In this document: in pieces, positions 24,767 to 36,637 of the stretch
Numbering within the stretch: position 1 is the stretch's first letter
Layout: each line of letters opens with the position of its first letter
NCBI GenBank assembly: GCA_010093745.1
Contig: MU005959.1
Span: forward strand, 1 to 64,000
Source of the DNA: Piedraia hortae CBS 480.64
Taxonomy: Eukaryota
Length of the DNA: 64,000 nucleotides
Direction of reading: 5' to 3'
The notes under the pieces: model-generated
Told to the model about the DNA's origin: nothing
The model's database searches: none
Seen by the model: only the letters and a program-made list of their open reading frames with translations
Translations under genes and position numbers: made by a program

Positions 24767-24825
24767 AGAGGGGAGATGGGGAGTGTGGTTGATGGGTTGT
24801 CGGCAGATTATGTTGTGGTGGGAAG

Positions 24826-26394
24826 CTACTCGCTCTCGTCACTGTCACTGTCAGCCTCATCACTGTCATCGTCCTCATCGCTATCTTCTTCATCCATATC
24901 ACTCTCCTCTTCCTCACCCTCCCCCTCCGACCCAGAGTGAATAACCTCACTCTTCCCCCGTCTCGGCACCTTAACCCCAATCAACTGCCCCACCAACCCC
25001 TTAAACCGCTCATACTCCTCCCTCTCCTTATCCACCTTCATCTCCCTCGACGGATAAATCAACTCAAGCTCTTTGAACTGATACCTTTGTCGAGGGGGTT
25101 TGAAAGGGGTGAGAACGCCCCTATTTCGGATTTGTTTGTAGGGTGTGGAGAGGGGGAGAGAGAGTTCGTGGGGAGAGAAGCCGTCGCCTGGGTTGTAGTT
25201 TGACAATGGCTTGGGAGGGGGTTTCTTGTGGGTTGGGGGTTTGAAGGGAGGGTGGACATTGGCTGGAGGGGTTGGTTGCTCTGTGGTTGAGGGGTTGGGT
25301 TTTCTCTTGGCTGTTATGGCATGGGTTGATTGCTTTGCAGTTGGGGTTTTGAGTTTATTCCTGCATGGAGAGAATTTGGGGTGTGAATATATACCTTCCA
25401 TGGGCTTGCGGGGGATGGATCTCCTCTTTGAAGGGGTGATTTGTATTTCCTCCGACATGGGTATTTCGTATATATCTTGCGGGGTGGATATCCGTGGAGG
25501 GACGGTTTGCGATTTTGCAGTCAAGGGTTTGGTTTTTTTGCTGGCTGGATGGTGGGGAGGGGAGTTTTGGATTTCCTCTTGAGATATTGGAATTTCATAT
25601 ATATCTGGTGGGGCGGGTTCCTTGGGAACCTTGCCTGGAGGGGTGACTTGCGTCTTTGCAGTTCTGATTTTGGATTCATCCTTGACTTGACGGTGAGAAG
25701 GGCTTTGCGTTCCCTCCGAAGAAGCGAGCATCTCGCCTACATCCTGCATGGCTTCCTTGGAAAACTTTGCAGGAGGAGTGACTAGCATCTTTGCAGTTGG
25801 AGCTTTTCCCTTTGCAAGAGGAGGAGGTAAGAACTCTTGCAGTGGTTTCGTAACTGGGACTCTATCCATTTCCTGAGACGGGTACGCACCATCGTTTTCG
25901 GTCGTGCCTTTTTGTCCTTGTGGCAATGGAATTTCCAACTCACTAGTAGGACCTCTATCCTCGAGCGGAGATATTTTCGTGACCTGGATTGGGCTGGCAT
26001 CACCATTCCCCAACGAGTATTCCATCAAGGTAGTTTTTTGCCGTTGCGGAAGAACGACCTTTTCCCGTTCACTTTGATCTTCCTTTCCGTCATCACCTGA
26101 ACTTTTACTCTTCCGAGGGGATAATTTTTTGAAGCGGGGTGGGCTGGCACCATCACCTGCCTCCATTCGTGAGACCTTCTGTTTTTTGAAACGATGGTTC
26201 GGATATCTCTCCCTGAGCAGAACGACGGTATCTTTCACAGGTACACCTGCCCGAGTCTTCGACGATGGCACGGGGAAAAGATCGTCAAATTTGAGTTGGC
26301 AGGGTGGTGCGGTGGTCACAGGATTGAATATATCATCACCACGTAGCTTGACAATACGTCTTCCGTGATGAGCTGGTGCCTTGCGTTTGAGCAT
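24826..26394 (-). CDS. Hypothetical Pro/Lys-rich disordered protein with acidic tail
   Basis: 522-aa uninterrupted ORF with internal TAK..TPP..DIYEIP repeats. No family recognised. Confidence 0.65.
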   Translation of the reverse strand: MLKRKAPAHHGRRIVKLRGDDIFNPVTTAPPCQLKFDDLFPVPSSKTRAGVPVKDTVVLLRERYPNHRFKKQKVSRMEAGDGASPPRFKKLSPRKSKSSGDDGKEDQSEREKVVLPQRQKTTLMEYSLGNGDASPIQVTKISPLEDRGPTSELEIPLPQGQKGTTENDGAYPSQEMDRVPVTKPLQEFLPPPLAKGKAPTAKMLVTPPAKFSKEAMQDVGEMLASSEGTQSPSHRQVKDESKIRTAKTQVTPPGKVPKEPAPPDIYEIPISQEEIQNSPPHHPASKKTKPLTAKSQTVPPRISTPQDIYEIPMSEEIQITPSKRRSIPRKPMEGIYSHPKFSPCRNKLKTPTAKQSTHAITAKRKPNPSTTEQPTPPANVHPPFKPPTHKKPPPKPLSNYNPGDGFSPHELSLPLSTPYKQIRNRGVLTPFKPPRQRYQFKELELIYPSREMKVDKEREEYERFKGLVGQLIGVKVPRRGKSEVIHSGSEGEGEEEESDMDEEDSDEDDDSDEADSDSDESE

Positions 26395-26519
26395 TTGTAA
26401 TTTCTGTCAGTGAATGGTGGGATTGAAAATCTTTTGTAGGAAGAAACGATGGGGTGTGTGGGGTGACGTCTTGGCACGACTTCTATTTTCTAGCTAGCCT
26501 TTTAAGTCATTACGATCGC

Positions 26520-27302
26520 CTACATGCGTCGGATCTCAGTCTCATTCAGATACTTTTCCAGACTGTCCAAATGCTCCCACCACTCAAACAGCATCTTCTG
26601 ACAGATGAGCTTGAACCAGGGTGTAAATTTCAGAGATTCGTCTTGGAACATCTGCCTCAGCTCGTCTTCAGACACGTACTTTGTGTCCTGCACCTCGTTA
26701 CGATTGATGTCCAGGTCGACGTCTGCTTTGATGAAAAGGATGTAGTCGATTTCATGCTCGCCCCATTTACCATCGCTGGGGGCTTTGTAGTGTATTCTCG
26801 TCAAGAATTGGAATTTCTCAAGAGGGATTCGCTTGATGTCTATGCCGAGTTCGTGGTTCAGCTTTCTCTGCGCTGCTCTTTTAACACCAGCCACGGCTGC
26901 TTCCAACGTGGAGCCCATCTCGCTCGCCACACCTAGGGGATGCGAGCAACAGGTGTTGGTCCACATATCTGGAAAGGTAATCTTCTCTGCCGCTCTCTGT
27001 TGCAGCAGTAGACGATTCTTGGAGTCGAATAAGAAGCAAGAAAAGGCCCGATGCAGTAGGCCCTTGTTGATGTTGTCCATTAGATGACAAGTTTTCTTGG
27101 TGGCGGTGCCGATGGGACTATCGTCGTTGTCCAGCACAATGCACACTTCGTCCATTAGCCGGATCTGCTCTTCGTCATAGCCAGCCAGGTCCTGGTCTGA
27201 GGTGATCGATGGCTGTCTGTTTGCGGTAATTTCGGGAAACATGCGTAAAATCTGAACGGCCGGAGGGGCCGTCTCCACGGGAACAGTCTCAGTCGAACTC
27301 AT
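26520..27302 (-). CDS. IDI1: Isopentenyl-diphosphate delta-isomerase
   Basis: GLLHRAFS, KITFPDMWTNTCCSHPL and WGEHEIDYIL motifs. Confidence 0.97.
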   Translation of the reverse strand: MSSTETVPVETAPPAVQILRMFPEITANRQPSITSDQDLAGYDEEQIRLMDEVCIVLDNDDSPIGTATKKTCHLMDNINKGLLHRAFSCFLFDSKNRLLLQQRAAEKITFPDMWTNTCCSHPLGVASEMGSTLEAAVAGVKRAAQRKLNHELGIDIKRIPLEKFQFLTRIHYKAPSDGKWGEHEIDYILFIKADVDLDINRNEVQDTKYVSEDELRQMFQDESLKFTPWFKLICQKMLFEWWEHLDSLEKYLNETEIRRM

Positions 27303-27396
27303 GGCTGAATGGAAATATCGTTCAGTTGCAGGTGTTAAAATATCTTCTGGTTGATCTTCTGGAAGGCGCCAACGCTTGGGCCACCTGCACTCACTT

Positions 27397-27447
27397 TACG
27401 CGCGCGTCGCATCGCATCGCGTCAATCGGGCGCATCGCGCCGCGTCA
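27397..27447. promoter_or_regulatory. MCB-like (CGCGT) cluster upstream of MCM6
   Basis: ACGCGCGCGT, TCGCGTCA and CCGCGTCA within 70 nt of the MCM6 ATG. Confidence 0.55.
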
Positions 27448-27463
27448 AGCAGTTTCCCCCAGA

Positions 27464-30348
27464 ATGGCCTCAGTTGTCGACCAGATCTTGCAATCAGAGC
27501 ATGCTCTGCCCAGCGATGCGGCTGGAAGACGACCGCGATCCTCGTCCCGGCCGAGAGGTCCGCCTTCGGTGAGCACGCCGGGAGTTAACAGCGATGTCGG
27601 CTTCGCAGACGATGAGGTAGTAGGTGGAAGAGGTATCAAGAGACAGCTACCGGGTCACGATATTCCAAAGGTCGTCGACACTACGGCAGAGACGCTGGGA
27701 ATTCAGTTTGAGAGGTTTCTGGACACCTTTACCGAAGAACCCGCGCCGTCTGCCGGAGCTGCGGTTACGACCAACAAGTATTACATTGCCCAAATCCACG
27801 GATTGTGTCAGTTCAAGCTGTCAACGCTCTATGTAGACTTTACCCATCTTCTGGAGCACGAGCGAGGGGTTTTGGCAAGTGCAATCCAGGGAGATTTCTA
27901 CCGTTTCCATCCGTATATGCTGCGTGCTCTGAACAATCTGATTGCAAAGTATGAACCGCAATACTACCGCGAACACAGACAGCCTGGATCAACCACGGCA
28001 AGGACGGACACTTCAATGGCCGGAAACAGCTTGAGCGAAGACAGCAGTATCAACGACAAGACCCCGAACCAGCAGACGGACAAGATCTTTGCTTTGGCTT
28101 TTTACAATTTGCCACTGGTTTCCCGGGTGCGTCAGTTGAGGACGGAGCAAATTGGCCATCTGGTGTCCATATCAGGCACGGTAACAAGAACATCCGAAGT
28201 GCGGCCAGAGCTCCATCTGGCGACTTTCATCTGCGAGAGTTGCAATACTGTCATTCCAGATGTTGAGCAAATTTTCAAGTACTCTGAACCCACGCAATGC
28301 CCCAATATCACCTGCGGCAACAGATATGGCTGGCGGCTGGATATCAGACAAAGCACGTTTATCGACTGGCAAAAGGTGCGTATCCAGGAGAACAGCTCAG
28401 AAATCCCGACAGGTAGCATGCCACGCACAATGGATGTTATTTTACGTGGAGAGATGGTGGACCGCGCCAAGGCTGGAGAGAAATGCATCTTTACAGGCAC
28501 TTTAATCGTCGTGCCTGATGTTAGTCAGTTCAGGGTGCCGGGTACGAGGCCACAGGCTGTTAGAGATACCCAAGGAGTTCGCGGAGATGTCGGTGGCAGC
28601 GGTGTCAGTGGATTGAAAGCGCTTGGTGTGAGAGATTTGACCTATCGTCTCGCCTTTCTTGCCAATATGGTGACTCCTGATACGTCTACCCAAGGCCAGA
28701 GTTCTAACCAACGTCTAAAAGGTCAGGCAGGGAATATCCTGAGTTCGCTGAATCAGTCAATCGATCTCAATGAGACGTCTGGCGACCAAGCACAGCAAGA
28801 CTACCTAGACACTCTGACCCCGTCTGAGATTGACGACCTCCGACGCATGGTGCAGATGCCCAATATCTACATGCGTCTGGTCGACTCGCTCGTGCCAATG
28901 ATCTACGGCCATACGGTCGTCAAGAAAGGTCTGCTACTGCAACTAATGGGCGGCGTCAGCAAAGCCACACCAGAGGGAATGGCACTACGTGGGGATATCA
29001 ACATTTGCATCGTCGGGGACCCATCAACGAGCAAGTCCCAATTCCTCAAATACATCTGCTCCTTCCTACCACGAACAGTCTACACATCAGGCAAAGCCTC
29101 CTCCGCCGCGGGTCTCACCGCAGCAGTAGTCAAAGACGAAGAAACCGGCGATTTCACCATCGAAGCCGGGGCCCTAATGTTAGCCGACAACGGCATCTGC
29201 GCTATCGACGAATTCGACAAAATGGACATTTCTGACCAAGTCGCCATCCACGAAGCCATGGAACAACAGACCATCTCCATCGCCAAAGCCGGCATCCAAG
29301 CCACCTTGAACGCCCGCACCAGCATCCTCGCAGCCGCGAACCCCGTCGGGGGACGCTACAACCGCAAAACAACCCTCCGCGCGAACATCAACATGAGCGC
29401 GCCCATCATGTCTCGCTTTGACCTCTTCTTCGTCATCCTAGACGAATGCAACGAATCCATCGACCAAAAACTCGCCCGCCACATCGTTTCAATCCACCAA
29501 CTCAAAGACGACGCCATCGAGCCCGAATTCAGCACCGAACAGCTCCAACGCTACATCCGCTTTGCGCGCCTCTTCCAACCCATCTTCACCGACGAAGCAA
29601 AGACCCGTCTCGTGGAACGATACAAAGAGCTCCGCACCGATGACGCCCAAGGCGGAATAGGCCGTAACTCGTACCGCATCACCGTCCGTCAACTCGAATC
29701 GCTCATCCGTCTGAGCGAAGCGATCGCGAAAGCGAACTGCGTGGACAACGTAACGGAACTCATGGTCGACGAAGCCTACGACTTACTGAAACAAAGCATC
29801 ATCTCCGTTGAAAAAGACGATGTCGCTTTCGAGGATGATGACGAGGAGGAAGTCCCCGTAGATGAACAAATGGAAGATGTAGCCACTGGGGCTAAGGAAC
29901 CCCAGGAATCTGTGCGTGGAACCCCTGCCCCCGTACGGCCACGCACGCAAATCAAATTCGATGATTTTGTGCGTATGCAGAGGATGCTGCTTCGCAGGGT
30001 CACGGAGGATCAGGAGACGGCGGAGGATGGGGTTGAAGAGGGCGATTTGCTGGTTTGGTATCTGGAGCAGATTGAAGGGGAGATTCACTCGCAGCAGGAT
30101 TTGGAGGCCAAGAGAAGTTTGGCGAGGAAGGTGCTGAAACGGATGGTTAAGGTTTGTTGGTTGATTTTTTTATTTTGGGGTAGGAGCGGTGCTGACGTTT
30201 CGAATAGACGAGTGTGCTGATGCAGATTAGGGGGGAGGGTTTGGCGAATGAGGAGAACGAGGCGATGGAGATGGAGGAGGATAAGGTTGTTTATGTCGTG
30301 CATCCGAACTGTCCGGTTGATGATATTATGGGGGCGGGGGAGGGGTGA
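27464..30348 (+). CDS. MCM6: DNA replication licensing factor Mcm6
   Basis: GTVTRTSEVRPEL, Walker A GDPSTSKSQFL, IDEFDKM, SRFD arginine finger. Intron 30152-30207. C-terminal YVVHPN. Confidence 0.97.
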
Positions 30349-30646
30349 GATGGATTGATGATGGCTACACGGTTGTGATTGATCGAGGTTTGGTAGACGC
30401 AGTTCTAAGCAGACCATCGAGGTGAAGTAATGTGCCATCTCAGAGTCTCACCATCGTAAACACATCATGTATGAAAATTTGACAAGGTAAACGTGTATCC
30501 TAGCTTACATATCCCTAATGGTATCTTGTACATCCCAAAATTTCCTTTGGATCGCTTAAACATCCAAGTTCCTCGTCCTCTCCTCGAAACAACTTAAAAA
30601 GCGGAACCCCTCCGCCCTATAACCCTCCACCCCAACAACAATCCCC

Positions 30647-30949
30647 ATGGCCTCTGAACCGAGCGGCGCGAGCCTCCCACACAGCAAACCCCCAGTCTCT
30701 CCACACATTGAACCCCAAACGAACCGTGAAGTGGCCCTTCCTAATAGCAGATCCCTCCCTCGGAAAGCACCCCCAGCCCTCCGTCCAACCCCAAAACACA
30801 ACGATACAAGGTTCATCAGCATTCTGCTAAGCTCGCTGATCGCCATTCCCGCGCTGACGTATTTCTGGTACTGGTATCGGAAGAGACACATGGATGAAGT
30901 TCGGAGGGAGAGGTTGAGGAGATTGTGGGAGAGGAATAACAGTGCTTAA
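30647..30949 (+). CDS. Small single-pass membrane protein, hypothetical
   Basis: 100 aa: Pro-rich N-terminus, hydrophobic FISILLSSLIAIPALTYFWYWY, basic tail. Confidence 0.55.
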   Translation: MASEPSGASLPHSKPPVSPHIEPQTNREVALPNSRSLPRKAPPALRPTPKHNDTRFISILLSSLIAIPALTYFWYWYRKRHMDEVRRERLRRLWERNNSA

Positions 30950-32859
30950 TTGAGGGGGACGTCGTATACATCTCTACGGTAATAGTCTTTCATGGAGAGG
31001 GTGTTATGTACATACTACGTGAACCAACCCCAACTCAGTCACTGAGTTATTGATCCAGCTCTTGAAATTTTGAGCGTTAAGCTAAGTAGCAAGAGGGTAT
31101 GGAGGTTTATATTACATAAATATCGCCATAGGATACAATCGAAGGCATCAGTTTCACCTGCCTAGTTAGATTTATCGATAGTATTATCATCCGGCCCATT
31201 TCAGCCCGTTGCGCGGCAAAGCCATGCGCATAGGCTTTGAGAACTGGCCAGGGGCCCTCTTGGGTCGATTTTGTACAGGAAGAGCATATCGGGAACCGCT
31301 TTAACGTCGATACTAAGAAAAGTCACCTTGTTCGTGAGCATCTTCATCTGATAGAGCAACTCATGGGTGCCGTGAAACCACCACCGATGAGTGCGTTTGC
31401 GTGATAGCTAAGCGGGTCATTTGCAATTGCTAGCTTTTGGATGGAGGCTGCGCAGCAGTATGACAGGTATCTCTCGCTTGAGCTAGAAAATCAACGGAGG
31501 AAGAAGTTTCGGAGTAGAATAGGTCTAGCGAGTCATAAGACGGTCAGTTCGTGGATAATATTGTCTCCATGACCGTCTGCCCAATCCACGGAATGGAAGG
31601 TTTAACTCGGTCAGGCATCATATCATGGACAGCTCGCGGGGGGGAAGGGGAAAGAGATCGTCCGTCGTAGCCGTCATGATGACCTACCTAGAGTGAACTA
31701 ACCCAGTCCGTTGCTCGAGCTCAACCAACCTATGGTGTACAACTGAAGATAACCAAACTTAGCAATGCCTCGCACGGTCGTATATCTGCTCTATCCAGTT
31801 AGCCCATTTTTAATCGTTCATAAGCTTCACGGCGCATATTTGCAGTTATTCGACCAGTGCAGGCCACAATGCAGCCCGCTGTATACACGCCATCGCCAGC
31901 CGAGTCCGTGGGGGACACCGAGCCACCAGAAACGTTCTTACAATATTGCCTCCAGAATCAAAAGGGGTACGCCGCTGCATAAGAGTCTCCACACATATGG
32001 TGAATGGTGCTCTTGACAGCAATTTGCTTGCCATGACAGCAGCTGCAATTAAATACCCTCTGATATTCGTCTCGACCTTCAAACCATGCAATGGAGGCGC
32101 AGTATATTTCGCGGGCTGTACCAACATCTCACTGGACCATTATCAATGGTCGCGATCATGAGGGAGAATTGAACGATCAGGGATAGAAGGCACTCAAGCA
32201 GAGAAGAGATCTCCACGGCGATCTCCTTATGATTGCTGCATATGGAATATTTGCCCTCCGATGTGTCAGTCTCGTGGATAAAATGGAGGGCATTTCAGGG
32301 CACGCATTACACGTTCCTGGAGCCTAGATGACAATCTCATAGGAAATCCGAGCCCTGTGTTCCTGGTGGTTCGAGGTCTTCTCCCGCCGCCTGTATCTCC
32401 CATTACGATCACGCTCACTGCAGCGATTGCACGACTGGTAGAAACCACGACCAGGCCTGACATACTCGCTTTCGGGCTGGAGGCGGCGGATCCTGGGGCA
32501 GCGGTGGCACGTCGGGAAATCCTCATCAGCGGGTGTTTGTGGACGTAGAGGGGGCACGCGAGCGGCGATGCTCGAAACAGTACGGCATGCTTGAGAAAGG
32601 AAGGGGGAGCTGTCGCGTTGAGCGGACCAGGAGATGAGGCAAGGTTTTGGTCACGTGACACGTTCGGCAGACAAACTGCTCCATATATAGGTGGGGGTTT
32701 ATGTGGCTAGTGGGATATGGGAATAGGTGCACATCCAGTTTTGGGGGTCCGGAAAGACGGAAGAGTGAGACCCTTCTTACTGGGTGGGATGTCGATAACA
32801 GCATGCATGCATGCATATACCCCTCACCTCCCTCTTCCCTCTTCATCACCATAACAAAG

Positions 32860-33162
32860 ATGACCTCTGAAATGAAAGAAGCAGTCAAAGGCGCCGGGGG
32901 CGGATTACAGGCAATTTCGTCAAAGGTCGGAGACGCAATCGCCGACAAGAGCGATATCCGCGGCAGCGAGCAGCGGAAATCCGATAACGCGGGTAATTCA
33001 ATCGGCGAAATGGCCGGGAAGGGTACGTACACTCCCTCCCCACTCTACACCAAAACTAACCGTACCGTAGGCGGCGGCGATACCGTCATAGACACCACCA
33101 TCAGCGGGGGTGAGCAAGGCCAGAACCAAACCGAAGGCAGCGCGAACCACCTAAACCTGTAA
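32860..33162 (+). CDS. Small Gly-rich hydrophilic protein (hydrophilin-like, about 84 aa)
   Basis: ATG in AAAGATG context; canonical intron 33023-33070 (GTACGT..CTAAC..TAG); upstream TATA-like sequence at ~32683 and AGGGG/CCCCT motifs. Confidence 0.65.
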   Translation: MTSEMKEAVKGAGGGLQAISSKVGDAIADKSDIRGSEQRKSDNAGNSIGEMAGKGTYTPSPLYTKTNRTVGGGDTVIDTTISGGEQGQNQTEGSANHLNL

Positions 33163-33197
33163 TATACCTACCACCTCAACCCCCTAGCCTAATCAAT

Positions 33198-34049
33198 CTA
33201 CCTATGCCTCCACTCGGGAGTCTTCTTCTCCGCGAAAGCAGTCATCCCAATTTTCTGATCCTCCGTCCCAAACAACGCATGAAAAACCCTTCTCTCAAAC
33301 TCAACCCCCTCCCTAACCCCCAGCTCCTCCGCCTTATTCACAACCTCCTTGGCGGCCTTGACCGCCACCCTCGAATAACCAGCAATTTTCTCCGCCGTAT
33401 CCACCGCCCCCTGTACACACTCCTCGGGGGTCTCAAATAGTTTCGCAGCTAACCCCCATTCGACTGCCCTCTCTCCGTCGAAACCCTCTCCCGTGAGAAT
33501 AACCTCCATAGCCCTACTCTTTCCAATCGCGCGTGTAAGCCTCTGACTCCCCCCCGCCCCTGGAATTACACCAAGCTTAACCTCCGGTTGTCCGAACCTG
33601 GCGGATTTGGAGCAATAAATCACATCGCACATCATGGCGAGTTCGCATCCCCCGCCTAGTGCGTGCCCGTTCACGGCGGCGATTATGGGTTTCTTGACCC
33701 GCGTGGTGAGGTCGGACCACGATTCGATGAAGTCTTCGAGGTAGGCGGAGGAAAAGGTTTTGGGGGCCATTTCTTTGATGTCGGCGCCGGCCGCGAAGGC
33801 TTTGTGTGAGCCCGTGAGGACGGTGGCGCCGATGGTGGGGTCGCGGTCGATGGTGGCGAGGCACGTGTTGAGTTCGGTGATGAGGGGGGTGCAGAGGGCA
33901 TTGAGGGCTTTGGGGCGGTGGAGGGTTACTTGCGCGACGCCCGGGCGGGGGGTGGTAAGTTGGAGGTAGGTGTAGGACGGGGAGGTGGAGTAGGAACGCT
34001 TCGCGGTGAGGCGGAGGAGGGGGCGGGTTAGGGATGTTGTTGGGGGCAT
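33198..34049 (-). CDS. Mitochondrial enoyl-CoA hydratase (crotonase, ECHS1-like)
   Basis: Presequence-like N-terminus; AFAAGADIKEM, ALGGGCELAMMCD and FGQPEVKLGVIPGAGGSQRL motifs. Confidence 0.94.
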   Translation of the reverse strand: MPPTTSLTRPLLRLTAKRSYSTSPSYTYLQLTTPRPGVAQVTLHRPKALNALCTPLITELNTCLATIDRDPTIGATVLTGSHKAFAAGADIKEMAPKTFSSAYLEDFIESWSDLTTRVKKPIIAAVNGHALGGGCELAMMCDVIYCSKSARFGQPEVKLGVIPGAGGSQRLTRAIGKSRAMEVILTGEGFDGERAVEWGLAAKLFETPEECVQGAVDTAEKIAGYSRVAVKAAKEVVNKAEELGVREGVEFERRVFHALFGTEDQKIGMTAFAEKKTPEWRHR

Positions 34050-34831
34050 TGTTGCGGTGTGTTTGCGGGTGGGTTGTTGCAGTGAAGATCCGACGCGAAG
34101 GGATGTGGGCAGTTGGATAAGGGGGGGGATTAGATGTGCGGGGTGCTCAGCTTTACGCGGGGAATGGTTGAGCTTGGGGAGAGGCTGCGGGTACGTTTTA
34201 TCACTCAGTGCGTTTTACGGTTCCATTTGGATGATGAGATTCGGCGGTGTGGAATGTAGACTTGCTATGGAGGGAGTAGTAGTTGGAGTGTAGCTTCAAA
34301 TTGGAATGTTGAATCTTTGGAGCTTCTGAAGAACAAACCGGAGGATAAAAGAGACGAACACCTTTGCAGCTATGTAAGAATGCAATCACAGGATTTAGCT
34401 ACAAGAGATGCACAAATGATGACTGTTTGGCTACAGTATGGTTTTGCAAGCCTTCGAAGATGCTATGCCAAAACCTCGGCGATGCGTAACGATTCAACCG
34501 TAATTCATAATTCAGGTGACCAGCCCACGTAACTGTCCATCCCCGGTCCATAACTCAGAATGCTCGGTCCATGTGATCAACGGTCCCGCGCCGGTCCCTA
34601 ACTTAGGCCACCGGTTCGCGCGACGATTCATTCCAATCCATAACTTTACTCCCTAAACGTGTACCCAATTTTCCAAGGCGTAGCTTTATCTGTGAGCGGT
34701 CCACGAATCATCATCACATGTCCACTCTTCAATGTCTATCTGATTACATAAGCGTCCATCGCTGCAGGTACAGGTGACAGTTTGCATGACGTGTGGCAGT
34801 GATCGCGACCGAGGCCCACCAACACTCAACA

Positions 34832-35500
34832 ATGGACGCGCCGGAGCCTGAAACGCCCTTTGCCGCCGTGTCGGCGCAGACTACGCGTTTCCAGCGAGTA
34901 CGTAATCCTCTGAATCCACCCGGACGCACCTAATATTTCCCCCAAAGCTCTACCAAACGTACCTGGACAAGTCCACGCCATTCGTCATCTACCGATGGGC
35001 CGCCACGGGCGCATTGTTCGTCGCCTTTGCGCTGCGCATTGTCTTTGCGCAGGGCTGGTATCTCGTCGCCTACACTCTGGGCATCTACCTGCTCAACCTC
35101 TTCCTGGCATTTATCAGTCCCAAATTCGACCCTGAGCTGGAGCAGGATGCGGACATGGAGGACGGTGTACCGGCGGGTCAAGAGTCCTCTCTACCGACCA
35201 AGAACGACCAGGAATTCAAACCATTCGTGCGCCGTCTGCCGGAATTCAAGTTTTGGTATTCGGCCACGCGGGCGATTGTCCTCGCATTTGCCTGTGCCTG
35301 GAACGAGATCTTTAATCTTCCCGTCTTCTGGCCTGTGCTGGTCGTTTACTGGCTCATGCTCGTCTTTTTAACCATGCGGAGGCAGATCCAAGCCATGATC
35401 AAGTACCGGTAGGTACAATCCTCCTACTTTCAACCATCCCGCTAACGATTACAGTTACGTTCCCTGGGACTTTGGCAAGACAAAGTACGGCGCAAAGTGA
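34832..35500 (+). CDS. RER1: ER retrieval receptor Rer1
   Basis: YQTYLDKSTP, LGIYLLNLFLAFISPKFDP, EFKPFVRRLPEFKFW. Introns 34898-34947 and 35409-35454. Confidence 0.95.
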
Positions 35501-35611
35501 GAGTTACTGTTAGAATAGAACATGTTATGTAGGGGCTGTGTATGCATATACCAACAAGGCTGAAGCAGTCCATTCATCATATCTACCCTTTCTCCCCATA
35601 CCATCTCAACA

Positions 35612-36637
35612 ATGCCTCGCTGGAAACCCCTCCTCCTCTTCACCCTCTCCCTACTGATCATATCCACCCTCCTCCCGCGAAGCATGCCTCCCCCCATTCG
35701 CTTCACCCCCACCGAACTATCAATCTTCAAATCGCACACCGTAAACAACACCCTCACCCTCATCCCCATCAACACCGGGATGCTTCCCTTCGCATCTAAC
35801 CTCCTCTGTTCCCTCCACAAGCACGCTCCCGGGTTCCCCACCTCGAAAATCATCTTTTGGGCCCTCGACGCCCACGCAGCAACGCACCTCTCCTCGCACA
35901 ACCACACAGTCTACTTTACCAAAAACCTCTTCTCCGTCCCCCACGACAGTAACCAGCGGGGGAATACTCGCGCGTACACGAAAATGATGCGCGAGCGGCC
36001 GAAATTTTTTGCTGCATTACTATCTACGGGGATTGATCTCCTCATGATGGATGCGGATTTGGTTCTTTTCGGTGATCCGATGGGAGTCATTCCCCAGGAT
36101 GGTAGAGTGGATGCGGTGTACAGTACAGATGGGAGGGAGTTTTGGTTTGATGGGGACGCGTTCCGCGATCCGTGGAGGAGGGGGGGCAACATCCCGCCGG
36201 TGGGTAATGGGTTCTTTTGGATGAGGGGGAGTGCTAAGATGAGTGGGTTGTGGAGGGAGATGACGCGGGTTTTTGAGGCACCGTGGTGGCGGGTTGGGAT
36301 TTGGAGAGCAAGGGTCTTTCAGGATGATCAGAGGGGGATGGATGTTCTGCTAAATGATGGACGTGCGCAGCTGGTTATGCCTTACCCCGGTGGGGTAGGG
36401 GAGGATCAGGTGCCGGTTACAAATGGGGGGGTGAGGGTGCGATTACTCGATCAGGTGGATGTGGTGAATGGACACTTGTTGATGGATAGGAGGGAGAGGT
36501 ATGAAGCCTTGTTGGATGGGGGGAGCGGGAGGAGACTTGCTGCGCATTTTAATTGGGATACTGCACAGGTTGGGAAGGAAGAGGGGGCGAGGGAATTGGG
36601 GATGTGGTACTTGGATGATAATGGAAAGTGCGTTTAA
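35612..36637 (+). CDS. Type II membrane nucleotide-diphospho-sugar transferase (Nucleotid_trans/GT77-like)
   Basis: N-terminal TM, NLLCSL, ALD, DxD motif MMDADLV, GNGFFW, DDQ, HFNW..K..ARELGMW. Confidence 0.75.
   Translation: MPRWKPLLLFTLSLLIISTLLPRSMPPPIRFTPTELSIFKSHTVNNTLTLIPINTGMLPFASNLLCSLHKHAPGFPTSKIIFWALDAHAATHLSSHNHTVYFTKNLFSVPHDSNQRGNTRAYTKMMRERPKFFAALLSTGIDLLMMDADLVLFGDPMGVIPQDGRVDAVYSTDGREFWFDGDAFRDPWRRGGNIPPVGNGFFWMRGSAKMSGLWREMTRVFEAPWWRVGIWRARVFQDDQRGMDVLLNDGRAQLVMPYPGGVGEDQVPVTNGGVRVRLLDQVDVVNGHLLMDRRERYEALLDGGSGRRLAAHFNWDTAQVGKEEGARELGMWYLDDNGKCV

Noticed and set aside
31217..31239. Near-perfect 23-nt palindrome CAAAGCCATGCGCATAGGCTTTG
   Set aside because: Isolated, with no supporting context; plausible by chance in 64 kb.
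31846..32127. ORF with YLIAAAVMASKLL, faintly cyclin-like
   Set aside because: Too short and no other cyclin-box features.
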